This document shows positions 1-9,777 of a stretch of DNA of 64,000 nucleotides, piece by piece. Both the position numbers and the translations under genes were made by a program. The stretch comes from Arenicellales bacterium. Lineage in GTDB: Bacteria > Pseudomonadota > Gammaproteobacteria > Arenicellales > JAJDZL01. The stretch is taken from the NCBI GenBank assembly GCA_965243305.1, contig CBDEUN010000002.1, forward strand, positions 1,323 to 65,322, given 5' to 3'. Under the pieces are notes generated by a model. That model saw nothing but the letters and a program-made list of their open reading frames with translations, did not search any database and was not told the origin of the DNA. Position 1 is the first letter of the stretch. Every line of letters begins with the position of its first letter.

Positions 1-393
1 GACTAGTAGATTCCACTGAATTTCATCCACATTGCTTAAACACGCGAGCACTATATCTTTCTTTCTCAATTCTTGTAATATTTCGATAACATCAATATTT
101 AAATCCGTAATCGCTAAACTAAGAATGTCCCGCAGTTTGTAGGCAGGTATGTCATATTGCAAGAGTTTCTGAATTTCAGTGATGTACTGTTCACTTGAGA
201 TGAGACCAGTTACAGCACTTTCTCTCAATGTGTAGTTACCTATCCCACTGTTAAAATTACCCTTAGAATCTCTCGGGTCGAGGTTATCTACTCCTATTTC
301 TTTCAATATTTTCAACGGAGCTTTGGAATCTAGGTTAACGGCCACGCCTCCGAGATCGAAGACTACTGCTCTTATTTGATTTTTGGGTGTCAT
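1..393 (-). CDS. HAD-superfamily hydrolase, partial (N-terminal 131 codons; the 3' end lies beyond the window edge)
   Basis: Not in the ORF track because it runs off the window. My own minus-strand translation from the ATG (complement of 391..393) gives MTPKNQIRAVVFDLGGVAVNLDS..., with an HAD motif-I-like FDLGGV. The frame stays open to position 1. Confidence 0.5.
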   Translation of the reverse strand, partial: MTPKNQIRAVVFDLGGVAVNLDSKAPLKILKEIGVDNLDPRDSKGNFNSGIGNYTLRESAVTGLISSEQYITEIQKLLQYDIPAYKLRDILSLAITDLNIDVIEILQELRKKDIVLACLSNVDEIQWNLLV

Positions 394-419
394 TCTTTGC
401 TTTTGAGGCGGTTGCGCTG

Positions 420-899
420 TTAAATTTTGGATGGAGTATGTCTATTCAAATCTAGCGTCATAAAGATACTATTCGGGTCCAAAACGTAGTCAGCAAACGG
501 TTCGCACTCAACGAAACCGTGCTTTGAATACAGAGCGCGTGCTGGACGAAAATACTCCCATGAACCCGTCTCTAGGCTCAATCGCTTCGCACCCTCAGCA
601 AGCGCGAAGTCAATAATGTGAAGTAACATCTTACTGCCGATACCGCCTCGTCTCTTGTTGCTGATGGTGTGCATTGATTTTATTTCGTAGTGATCACGTG
701 ACAACCTCTGTATGGCACCGATCGCCACTAGATCGTCATTGTCCCACATGGACCAAAACTCCACTTCAGAGCTTTGCAATCCTTTTAAATCCAAGGCATG
801 GTTGCTTCCAGGCGCTGTTTCGATACGGGCTTGGTTCACATGGGTTTTAAGTAGTTCGCGAACCCGAGGATCATCCAAGCCTCCACGCTGAATATTCAT
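420..899 (-). CDS. GNAT-family N-acetyltransferase
   Basis: ORF 420..944. It has the acetyl-CoA-binding-type motif RRGGIGSKML and a GNAT-like C-terminus (ALYSKHGF). I prefer the start at MNIQRGG (899) because AAGGA lies about 7 nt upstream; 944 is the alternative start. Confidence 0.8.
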   Translation of the reverse strand: MNIQRGGLDDPRVRELLKTHVNQARIETAPGSNHALDLKGLQSSEVEFWSMWDNDDLVAIGAIQRLSRDHYEIKSMHTISNKRRGGIGSKMLLHIIDFALAEGAKRLSLETGSWEYFRPARALYSKHGFVECEPFADYVLDPNSIFMTLDLNRHTPSKI

Positions 900-1138
900 T
901 TTGCATCCTTCTGATTGAACTGCTTTTTTCAAGATACTCATCAAAAGAATTTAATTCAACCACCTGATTCGGCGCCGTCGGGTATGAAAGATGCAAAAAC
1001 CCCTATAGCGCGGCTGCCTCTAGTTTCATCCATCTGGTTTCGTTCGGTATTTCGGCGTAAAATTTGCGACGCATTTGACAATCGTCCAATCTGCCAAAAG
1101 CAAACCTCGATTTTACCTTACCGCACTATCAGAGGGAT

Positions 1139-1939
1139 ATGACAGACCACACACAATGTAGCCAGCAAGACGTAGCAAATTTCTTGCAATTTGCAAATGA
1201 CATCGCCGACAAAGCGCGAGATATTGCCCGTCACTACTATAGACAGTCGAAGAAACAGTGGACCAAGTCGGACAATACATGGGTGACCGAAGCTGACTGT
1301 GCAATAGAAGAAATGGCAAGAGTCAGAGTAAAGGAACAGTTTCCTGATCACGACTTTTTCGGCGAGGAATATGGTGATACAACCTCAGAAAGGCAATTGA
1401 AGTGGTGTCTTGATCCGATCGACGGCACCATGGCATTTGTCTACGGATTACCAACATTTGGAGTGCTGATCGCACTCACTGAAAATTCTGAACCAATCGT
1501 GGGTATTATTGAATTACCAGCCATGAAAGAAAGATGGTGCGGTGCGCGTGGTTTCACAACAACCTGGGAAGGACAGCCCTGCCGCACAAATCCAGACCGA
1601 AGCCTGACTGACACCGCAGTGTTTGCAACATCAATCGATATGTTCTCTGATGAGGAGCGTGAGTTATTCAATCGGGTTTCACTGAATGCCAGAGAAAGGC
1701 GATTTGGAGCTGATTGCTACGCGTATGGACTGCTCGCGTCGGGCTACATTGACGTAGTTATGGAAGCCGATATGAAAGCTTATGACTTGATGGCATTGGT
1801 ACCGGTGGTCGAAGGAGCGGGAGGCATCATCACTGATTGGGATGGGAAACCGATCAAACTTGATTCAGGAAAACAAGTGCTAGCCGCATCAAATCGAAAA
1901 CTACATGAAGAATGTCTGAATCTGATTCACTCAAACTGA
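1139..1939 (+). CDS. Inositol monophosphatase family protein (IMPase or histidinol-phosphatase-like)
   Basis: 266 aa with the WCLDPIDGT metal-binding motif and the FGEE...downstream pattern typical of the IMPase/HisN/SuhB family. Confidence 0.85.
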   Translation: MTDHTQCSQQDVANFLQFANDIADKARDIARHYYRQSKKQWTKSDNTWVTEADCAIEEMARVRVKEQFPDHDFFGEEYGDTTSERQLKWCLDPIDGTMAFVYGLPTFGVLIALTENSEPIVGIIELPAMKERWCGARGFTTTWEGQPCRTNPDRSLTDTAVFATSIDMFSDEERELFNRVSLNARERRFGADCYAYGLLASGYIDVVMEADMKAYDLMALVPVVEGAGGIITDWDGKPIKLDSGKQVLAASNRKLHEECLNLIHSN

Positions 1940-1998
1940 GTGAGTCAATACTTTGATTTAAATCTATAGCGTGATTGGCACGATTGAAATTTCTCAAT

Positions 1999-2676
1999 CT
2001 ACATATCGCCGGGGACACCATATGACGGTGCGTCACCTGGCGATAAGGCACGCGTTACATAATCAGCTCGTTGTGGTTCATATTCCTGCCAAATAGATCT
2101 CAGGCGAGTCACAGGATTATCGGCCCAATCAACTCGAAGATTGACGTCGGCCCATGCGACTTGATTCGCCACTAGCACAGCAGCCGAACGAACCTCGCCT
2201 TCTTCACCTCCTGCGTCCAAACCCGCTTGCAGTGAATTCAGCAAACTTTCTGCAAAATGTCTAGTTTTATCGCGATTCTCGAAAGAGTCAACCATCGCCT
2301 GAGGCACTTCTTCGTTTGCCAGAAGATTACCAGCAGCTACACAGCATGATCCAACTACAACTGAATTGGTTCCCAGAATATTCTTTCCAGTGTAATGGCC
2401 AACAACTCCATTCAAATCCACGGCGGTCAATTGACGGTACTCGACATTACTTTCGCCACCTATCACTCTGAGAATCGCCTTCTCAGCATCATCACCAGAT
2501 TCGATGCAGTCCAATATCGCTCGCCCGAGAATCGGGTCCGTTATGTTTTGAGTTGCTACCGCTCCTACCCCGGCACGAACCCAGGGACAACGGCTTCCGA
2601 CTGCGATGCTTGATGTAGTGACTGCGACCCCAACATGACCAGTTTCTGTATCGACTGCAGTTATCGAAAAAGTCAT
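1999..2676 (-). CDS. DUF1028 family (Ntn-hydrolase-like) protein
   Basis: The N-terminus MTFSITAVDTETGHVGVAVTTSSIAVG matches the characteristic DUF1028 start as I remember it. Confidence 0.7.
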   Translation of the reverse strand: MTFSITAVDTETGHVGVAVTTSSIAVGSRCPWVRAGVGAVATQNITDPILGRAILDCIESGDDAEKAILRVIGGESNVEYRQLTAVDLNGVVGHYTGKNILGTNSVVVGSCCVAAGNLLANEEVPQAMVDSFENRDKTRHFAESLLNSLQAGLDAGGEEGEVRSAAVLVANQVAWADVNLRVDWADNPVTRLRSIWQEYEPQRADYVTRALSPGDAPSYGVPGDM

Positions 2677-2691
2677 GTTCAGATTCTTCTC

Positions 2692-3567
2692 TTATGTCGC
2701 AGATGGCTGACCTTGGATCTCAAAGAAGGAATCTTGAGAGTAAGGTGTACGCATTTCAATTTCCGCATCTCGTAATCGGGCAACTGGACTAGGTTTGCCG
2801 CGTACTATTTTGCCACTGAACTTCGAAGGCAACGCTGGTGGTAATAATGGGTAAGAATCTGCCGCGTTGTAGTCACAGATCAGCAGACGCCGCGCCTGAT
2901 CAGACTGATTGATTTCAGAACCATGTACAGTCCAGCAGTGCATGAAACAGATATCGCCGCGTTTGGCAACAATCGACACTGCCCGTCTATCAAATTCCTC
3001 GTTGAACGATGCATCGATTGCTCCGACATAGTGTCCGTTCTGAAAATGAGAGTAGCGTTCTTTGTGCGACCCCGGAACGACGCGCAAACATCCATTCTCT
3101 TCACTCGTATCATCAAGCATCAGCAGAATTGCAAGCATGTCATCATTGGTGTGCGGATCGTAAGACTGGTCCTGATGGTAATAGACTCGGGTTTCCATTT
3201 TTGGCAGCTTGATATTTAGCTTGCAATGGTGATATCGAACATTTGGACCAACCAGTTGTGCAACCATATCGACGATTGGGCCGTCCCAAAGGACCTCTTG
3301 AAAGACCTCTGAAATGTCAGCCGGATTTGCAATTCGGCGAAGTCTGGGGACTTCCCGAGTATGACCAACTTCTAGATCAAATCGAGCCTTTCCGTCAACT
3401 GTTTCACCAAAGTTAGTATCGTAATTGCGACTGAGTTCAATCCAACCATCAAGTTCTTCCTCCATTCCGCCGATTAAACTGTCATCGAGTCCAGAATTGG
3501 CTACAACGTATCCAAACTCTTGATAATGCTGAACTTGTTCGTTTGTTAGTTGTTGATAGCTGTTCAT
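2692..3567 (-). CDS. Phytanoyl-CoA dioxygenase (PhyH) family Fe(II)/2-oxoglutarate oxygenase
   Basis: 291 aa with the motifs YHQDQSY (HxD facial triad) and LRVVPGSH, plus the downstream HGS. Confidence 0.8.
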   Translation of the reverse strand: MNSYQQLTNEQVQHYQEFGYVVANSGLDDSLIGGMEEELDGWIELSRNYDTNFGETVDGKARFDLEVGHTREVPRLRRIANPADISEVFQEVLWDGPIVDMVAQLVGPNVRYHHCKLNIKLPKMETRVYYHQDQSYDPHTNDDMLAILLMLDDTSEENGCLRVVPGSHKERYSHFQNGHYVGAIDASFNEEFDRRAVSIVAKRGDICFMHCWTVHGSEINQSDQARRLLICDYNAADSYPLLPPALPSKFSGKIVRGKPSPVARLRDAEIEMRTPYSQDSFFEIQGQPSAT

Positions 3568-5843
3568 TTCCGAGTGTTCAAACAGTAGTAGTGCGCTGTC
3601 AGAGTTTGAATTTTATATGCAACGGGTTAACAACTCCATTCAGAATTCGGTAATTGTTAGGGTCAGCGAATTGTTCACACCACATTTCGATTGTCAATTG
3701 AATTTACAATTTCAAATGATCACGGCCTTTAGGTAGTAGACACGAATCCAATGCGAATGACTGACTAGCCAGAACAGGTTGTGGCCCTACTATCTCAGTC
3801 TTCCTAAATTTCCAATATCTATCACACTCAACCGGACTAAAAATCATTCTCATTAATCTGATTCAGGTTGAGCACTCTACCACCCAAACCTTCAAATAGC
3901 GACTCTCTGCAAGTCAAAATAATGATCTGAATGTTTCGTGAAGACTTGTAAAGGATGTCGAACATCGTTTTTAGCCTGTCTTCATCTGAAAACACCAAAG
4001 CGTCATCAAGAATTACAGTTGCGGGTCGACCCTTATCAGCCAAAAGTTCAGCAAATGTCAACCTTACAAGAACCGCAATTTGCTCCTGAGTGCCCATGCT
4101 CAAATTATGAAACGATTCACTGAAGTTTCGGTCAATAGCAATAATGTTCAATTCCTCGTCAAACTCAATCTTTGCGTTTGGAAATAGAAAATTCAGATAG
4201 GGTTGTATCTGAGATTTCACTGGAGACAAATATCTTTCTGTCGCTTCCTGCTGTGCTTTCGACAGTGTGTCACGTAGCAGTTTAAGAACTTCCACTTCAT
4301 TCTCGATTTTGTCATATTCGTTCCTATCGCGCTCTAGCTCACGCTGTTTCTGAGCAATCTGCTCATCAATTCCGGCACCTTCCTGGGATTCGATGCGACC
4401 AATGAGTTGATTGACTTCATCGCGAAGTTTTTGAATCTGCGCTTGTCGATTACGCATCTTATCTTCCAAACGCTCAATCCGTACCGAAACAAATTCAAAC
4501 TCTGTTTGATCGAGTGTCTCTTCTAGTTCTTGCAGGTCATTTCCCTGTTGCTCAACTTTCACTTCCAGTTGCTTAATTTGTTCTTCAAGCTCACTCACCC
4601 TAGTTTCGCCACCTCGCACCTGGATTTTTGTTTCGAGGCCGTTGACCTGCTTTGTATGAATTTCAATTTGGCCCTGCATGTTAGCAATTTCCAGTTTAGC
4701 AGTTGCCAGACTATCATCTGCTTGCCCAAGTTTCTTCGCTGGTGTTTCTAAACTGGATCGCAACTGAGCTAAAGCACTTTCTGACTGACTCAGCAACTCC
4801 TCCGCCACACTGACGGTGGGTATTTCAGTCAAACCAAGCTTTGAGGCACTGGTAGTAAGTAAACTCTTTTGCTGTGAGAAATTCATCTTGATCGCTTCTA
4901 TGCCACCTTCAGCTTGACCAAATTCTGACAAATGAGCCTGAATCTCTCGACTTGCTGATTCTGCTTCCTGCAACGATATTTTTCGCCTATCGTTCAATTG
5001 TTTGGCGACTTCCACTGATTCCGCGTTTGCCTGAGTGAGTATGGAATCAAGTTTTTTTTGTGCAGTTTGACGTGCTTCCAATAGCTGATCAGCGTTTTGC
5101 ACAGCTGGTTTTACACGAATCGTACCTCGTTCAGGGAGATTAATCGCAACTTCCGAAACCGCTTCAAGCTTTTGATTTTCATTTTTAAGCGGCTCGCCGT
5201 CAATGCTGATTCCCTCAGCACCTTCTGTTTTCAACTCAAATAGAATTTCAGTAGCGTTCGCAGTGATCGTCGCCTGTGCAGACTCCAGTTCCGAGTTAAC
5301 CTCTTCAATTTGACGCAAGATTTGATCAGAAACTAATATCTTATTTGCGGTTTTCAGACTTTCCTCTCTCCGTGTTTGTACGGAAGCTGCAAGATCAAGC
5401 CTTTGTTCCAAGTCAGTGCATTTCGACCACTGCTGTGCTAGTGACAAAATGTCCTTCTTGATCTTTAGAGTTTTTTCCGCTTCGATTATCTGGCTCTTTA
5501 GGCCGTCGACAGTACTTTGAATTTCGTTTTTCTTTGAAGCCAACTCTAATTCCTGATTGGAAGAATCTTTCAACTCTGCTTCTAAAGTACCAAATTCAGT
5601 GCGAATCTTGTTCAATTCCTTTATGAAGTCAATCAATACTTGCACTTCCGTTTGCAAAGATGACTGTTGCTCCTTTGTTTGCCCAAGTTCTCCTCTGGCA
5701 GCTTCGATTTTCAATTCGATCTGATGCAGTTCTTCATATCTTGATTTGAACTGCTTTAGTTCCTGTGTCTCCAGTTTATTGGATTCATCCTCCTCCAATC
5801 GCCTGAGGTCCTGTTGACATTTTTCCAAGCGTTCCAAGTCTCT

Positions 5844-5848
5844 GAGTA
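5844..5848. repeat. Target-site duplication GAGTA (left copy) of the IS1380-family element
   Basis: GAGTA directly abuts the IS terminus CCCTAATCC. The identical pentamer is at 7607..7611. Confidence 0.7.
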
Positions 5849-7606
5849 CCCTAATCCTCAGTTAGAGACTGCCAGCGGCGGCTAAGGCGAGATTTTCGGC
5901 ACTCTGGCGGTTCGAAGCGCCAGGATTTTCCAAACCATCAAGCCACACACCGAAATCGGTGACCATTTTACCCGGCTGAACCCACTGCGAAGCGAATCTG
6001 GCGGCTCAGCAGCAAATCCGGCGCAAGCCTGTCCCTGACAGTAGACTGACTGCCATGATCTGTAGTGTAAAGCCGTTTCAGAACGAATGAGAAGTCAGGA
6101 CAGGCTGCAGCGGCGGATGGCCCAAAGCGACTGTTCCAGGACAGGAAGTTTGGCCGCACTGACTTTCAGGGTCCACTGCCGCGCATGGCGAACCACCTGT
6201 CCGGCCATCGCATACAGTCGGTGACGGAAACTGATCGCCCGCACGCCATACCACTCCTGCGGCAGTTTCATGCGCATCAGCGCAAGCAGATTGAAGGCAA
6301 TCGAAGACAGAAGCAGGTACGCGACATTGGCTTTGAACTCGCCGCACGGCAGATGCGCCGCGCTGAAGTCACTGCGAATTTCCTTGAGCCGGTTTTCCGA
6401 GCTGTCCCCTCTCTGGTTGTACCACCATACAATCTCGCCGTCACTGAAGCGGTCCAGGTCCAGATCGGTCGCAATCGCCCGGTAGATGTACCTGCCGCTG
6501 ACCGCACTTTGCACATCGACCTGGTGCAGGCCTTCATTTTTGAAAACCATCTTCAGCTGCTCAGTCCCGTCAGGCATCCCAGCGTCGGCCGGCAGCTTGT
6601 CCCGCACCCGTTTTTTCTGCACCACCAGACAGAAAGCCTCAGGCACATCTTCCATCACATGCAGCGTACGGGCCAGATACTCGCCTTCCAATACCGCACC
6701 GTCGGCATTCACAACCGCATTCCAATCCTCATCCTTAATGTCCAGTACCGTTTTCTTCACCGCACTGTCCATCTTCGCCCGAATCGCAAAACGGATGCCG
6801 TGTGCGCGGCAATCATTGATGATGCCCGCCTGATAGGAGGCGGCATCGGCCCGGAAGCGAGTGACACCCACCCCTTCGGGCAGCGCCGCGCGGCAGCGCC
6901 GGAAAAACTCAACATTCTCAGCCCCAGGCGGCACATTGCCCTCGCGAAGCTCAGCCGCAGCCACCTGACCGGTCTCGGCAATGTGACCGAACATCGGCAT
7001 GTACCCGCGATGCTTCTTATACGTCCACTTCGCGTCTTTTTTCTTCGACCGAATCGCCGATGCGTCAATGTCCAAAGTGACGCACTTTCGATCACCCAGC
7101 GTCGCTTTCATCACCGCGCGGTTGACCTGCTCGAGAACCGAGATCATCTGTCGACTGTCGCCGACTCTGTGAAGCCATCCACCCAGCGTCGTGGCACAGG
7201 GAATCGTCCCAAAACCCAACAGCTTCATCAGCGCCGGTTCACTGCGCAGGTGGCGCACATCGTCGATGCACCCCGCACCTTCGTGGAACATCAGCATGAA
7301 GGTATTGAAAATGGCGCTGTGCCGGTAGCCTCGATTGCTGCCGGGTGTGGGCATTGACGAATCAATGAGCTGTGACAGCTCAAGGCGCTTGAGCAGTTCG
7401 GCTGGCACCACCAGACCGGCTCTGGAGGTGAAATTGTGGCAGCTTGCCGCAGTGTTGTATGGTAGAATCTTCATAAGCCTTGCGAAATCTGAGAGCCGTT
7501 TCGAATTCACCCATTGGGTGAATGCCGAATTGGGCGTTTTTTTCAATATCTCTCTGATTTTACAGGGCTTTATCATTTTCTGCAACTTTTTATTTGCGGA
7601 TCAGGG
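5849..7606 (-). mobile_element. IS1380-family insertion sequence (about 1758 bp)
   Basis: GC-rich block in AT-rich DNA. The termini are CCCTAATCC (5849..5857) and GGATCAGGG (7598..7606), i.e. inverted CCCTRATCC. It is flanked by GAGTA direct repeats and carries a single 496-aa DDE transposase. Confidence 0.75.
6095..7585 (-). CDS. IS1380-family DDE transposase
   Basis: 496 aa. The TLDIDASAIRS...YKKHRGYMPMFGH pattern resembles IS1380-type transposases; this family assignment is from memory and was not searched. Confidence 0.8.
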   Translation of the reverse strand: MQKMIKPCKIREILKKTPNSAFTQWVNSKRLSDFARLMKILPYNTAASCHNFTSRAGLVVPAELLKRLELSQLIDSSMPTPGSNRGYRHSAIFNTFMLMFHEGAGCIDDVRHLRSEPALMKLLGFGTIPCATTLGGWLHRVGDSRQMISVLEQVNRAVMKATLGDRKCVTLDIDASAIRSKKKDAKWTYKKHRGYMPMFGHIAETGQVAAAELREGNVPPGAENVEFFRRCRAALPEGVGVTRFRADAASYQAGIINDCRAHGIRFAIRAKMDSAVKKTVLDIKDEDWNAVVNADGAVLEGEYLARTLHVMEDVPEAFCLVVQKKRVRDKLPADAGMPDGTEQLKMVFKNEGLHQVDVQSAVSGRYIYRAIATDLDLDRFSDGEIVWWYNQRGDSSENRLKEIRSDFSAAHLPCGEFKANVAYLLLSSIAFNLLALMRMKLPQEWYGVRAISFRHRLYAMAGQVVRHARQWTLKVSAAKLPVLEQSLWAIRRCSLS

Positions 7607-7611
7607 GAGTA
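7607..7611. repeat. Target-site duplication GAGTA (right copy)
   Basis: Identical to 5844..5848 and immediately outside the IS terminus. Confidence 0.7.
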
Positions 7612-8292
7612 AGCTAGTTCTTCTTGCATCCAATTCTTCAATTTCATCTCGGACAGTGTCTATACGTACTCTGAGCTTTTTAAATTCCCCCGTTTCTCTA
7701 CCTGCAGTTGGGGTTAGATATACGTTTAACTGTTTAGCGAAGAGATGGAGAAGTTCACGACCGCGTCTTCCGCCAAGTACAGTATTGACCTGCGATTCCA
7801 GAACCGATTGCAGACCCGAACGCGCACCTTCAGAAACATCAACTGGAGTAAATGACTTGCCTTGCTCGACCCAAAACAAATTCCACATTTCTTTGGGTTG
7901 CCCACCTAATCTACCCGAGTCGTCAAACGAAAGTAAATCTGATAACTTTTCTTCCGCTTCATCACCCTTGATGAGTTTGCCATCAGGCAACCTGAGTTCA
8001 GCAATCTGGCGCTTCAAAAACCTTTTCCTGATCTGGTACTGCTCGCCATCGATCTCAAAATCAACTCGAACGGAAGGAGCTCCTTTGATTTGCGCGGGCT
8101 GAAAATTTTTTATTTCATTGTGCTGCGATCGATGTTTACTAAAAAAAGCGGCCCGCATCGCACTCAAAATCGTAGATTTGCCCATTTCATTCGGCCCAGC
8201 AATGATGTTGAGTTTTTCATCAAGTCCGGTGATTTCAACTGGCTGGTCGAATTTCATAAATTCATTGACAGCTATAGATCTGATGATCACGA

Positions 8293-9426
8293 TCAGTCCG
8301 CCCCCATTCTTTTGAGTTCGACGTACAGTCGCGTTAAGGCTTGCGCAGCCAATTTTCTTACCCGTTCATCGGAATGAACCAATTGCTCCCTCAACTCATC
8401 AACAGCAGTTTTGACAAAACCACCAATATCAAGCATAGCGATATCATCATCTGTTACCTTGATGTGCAGATGCTCATCATTTACATCGAAATGCAGAAAT
8501 GAAGCTTCAAAGCGCTCCGCGATAATCTCATCAAAATAAGTTCGCTCTTCAAGCGAAATCCAGCCTTCAACCTGCAACCGCACTAAATATCGTTCAAGAT
8601 GATCATCAAGCCCACTCAATTTGGTTTGCAACCGTTCGATTTCACTTCGAGAGGCAATGGTTTCGCTGATTGTTTCCCAGCTGTACTCACCGGTTGAAAC
8701 CGACTCCACTCTTGGCTTTGAAGTGCCGCTATTGACAGTGACGATTAATGCTTTCCCACCGCCTGTCACATCAAATGCATCAGTCTCTGGCGTACCGCTA
8801 TACCAACAACGTGAATTAATTTCGCGCTGTCCATGCCAGTCACCCAAAGCGAGGTAAGCTAGACCAGCTGTGTTTGGCCGATCAGGATTGATGTAATTCG
8901 TTGCGGCGCCATTTCCCGACCCAAAGGTCGCAATTGAGCCATGAGCGAGACCTATGCGGATACACTCGCTCGGAAGGTCGACACTGTCCATGTATTTGGT
9001 CGGGTCTTCAAGGGTGGATTTGTGATGAAGTGGCGCAGGTAAAATTGCCGCAGTTTCCGATTCAATGAACAGTGGAGCGGAATCGTCACAAATATGGACG
9101 TTGTCTGGCAACCCTTTTCTCAACCGATACCACAGACCATTGGTTCGGTTAGGATCATGATTGCCAGGCAGTAGGAACCAATGTACATCTGTATATTTCC
9201 TCATTCGCTCAAGTGGCTGATTAAGTAATTTATTCGACAGATTTTCTGCATCGTAGACATCACCGGCTACGAGCACATACCGCAGTTCCTGTTCAACGGC
9301 TATTTTGCCTAGCCGATCAATCGCATTAAGTCTGGCATTTTGTAAAACACCCATTGTCTCCTGGTCCACAAACCTGAATACTTTGCCAATTTGCCAGTCA
9401 GCAGAATGTAAAAATCGAATCGTCAA
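8293..9426 (-). CDS. Metallophosphoesterase, SbcD/YhaO-like DNA-repair exonuclease
   Basis: 377 aa with the calcineurin-like motifs HSADWQIG, AGDVYD, LPGNHD and GDWHG. Its stop lies 2 nt upstream of the ATPase GTG start, so the two look like one operon. Confidence 0.85.
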   Translation of the reverse strand: MTIRFLHSADWQIGKVFRFVDQETMGVLQNARLNAIDRLGKIAVEQELRYVLVAGDVYDAENLSNKLLNQPLERMRKYTDVHWFLLPGNHDPNRTNGLWYRLRKGLPDNVHICDDSAPLFIESETAAILPAPLHHKSTLEDPTKYMDSVDLPSECIRIGLAHGSIATFGSGNGAATNYINPDRPNTAGLAYLALGDWHGQREINSRCWYSGTPETDAFDVTGGGKALIVTVNSGTSKPRVESVSTGEYSWETISETIASRSEIERLQTKLSGLDDHLERYLVRLQVEGWISLEERTYFDEIIAERFEASFLHFDVNDEHLHIKVTDDDIAMLDIGGFVKTAVDELREQLVHSDERVRKLAAQALTRLYVELKRMGAD

Positions 9427-9777
9427 GTTGTCCTCATAGCAAATAAATCAACCACAGTCTTCTCTGTGTCGAAGTTAATACCCCACAGTAGTGTCTTCCA
9501 GCGGCGTGCGACATAGCAGAAGAATTAGCATTATAGATATCCATTTCTATATAAAAATCATCTGAAGCATCGCTACGTCATATTCTGTCGTACTGTTCGA
9601 TTGAAACCAGATTCACCAATCAATTGAAACGAATGAACTCCGCGACAGTCAAATGAGTTTGATCACCAAAATTTAATCAGCGGTTATACGAATTTCACTA
9701 CAATCACGCAGAGCACATTTACTGTGTTTTGAAATTCAGTTAGCAGCAGCTCCCAGCACTATGGAGGACAAGAAAAG

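Larger units (their letters stand above)
3837..8290 (-). pseudogene. SMC-like / YhaN-SbcC-like AAA ATPase split by an IS insertion (N fragment 7607..8290, C fragment 3837..5848)
   Basis: The N fragment has a GTG start at 8290 and Walker A GPNEMGKST. The C fragment is a long coiled coil followed by signature-like LSMGTQEQ and Walker B VILDDALVFSD. Deleting 5849..7611 joins the two frames (...DARRTSLL-RD-LERLEKCQQ...) into an ORF of about 896 aa. Confidence 0.8.

Noticed and set aside
6185-7357. 390-aa plus-strand ORF, plus several shorter ones, inside the IS1380 element
   Set aside because: It lies entirely antisense to the 496-aa transposase in GC-rich DNA. The translation is Arg/Pro/His-rich and low-complexity with no motifs, which is the typical shadow ORF of high-GC sequence.
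3837-9426. Classifying the phosphoesterase + SMC-like ATPase pair as a known defence system (Lamassu, Wadjet, Gabija, etc.)
   Set aside because: The gene content, a calcineurin-type SbcD-like nuclease plus a single long ATPase with an LSxGTxxQ signature, fits SbcCD/YhaON-type repair modules better. None of the named systems, as I know them, uses this pair. It cannot be decided without searches.
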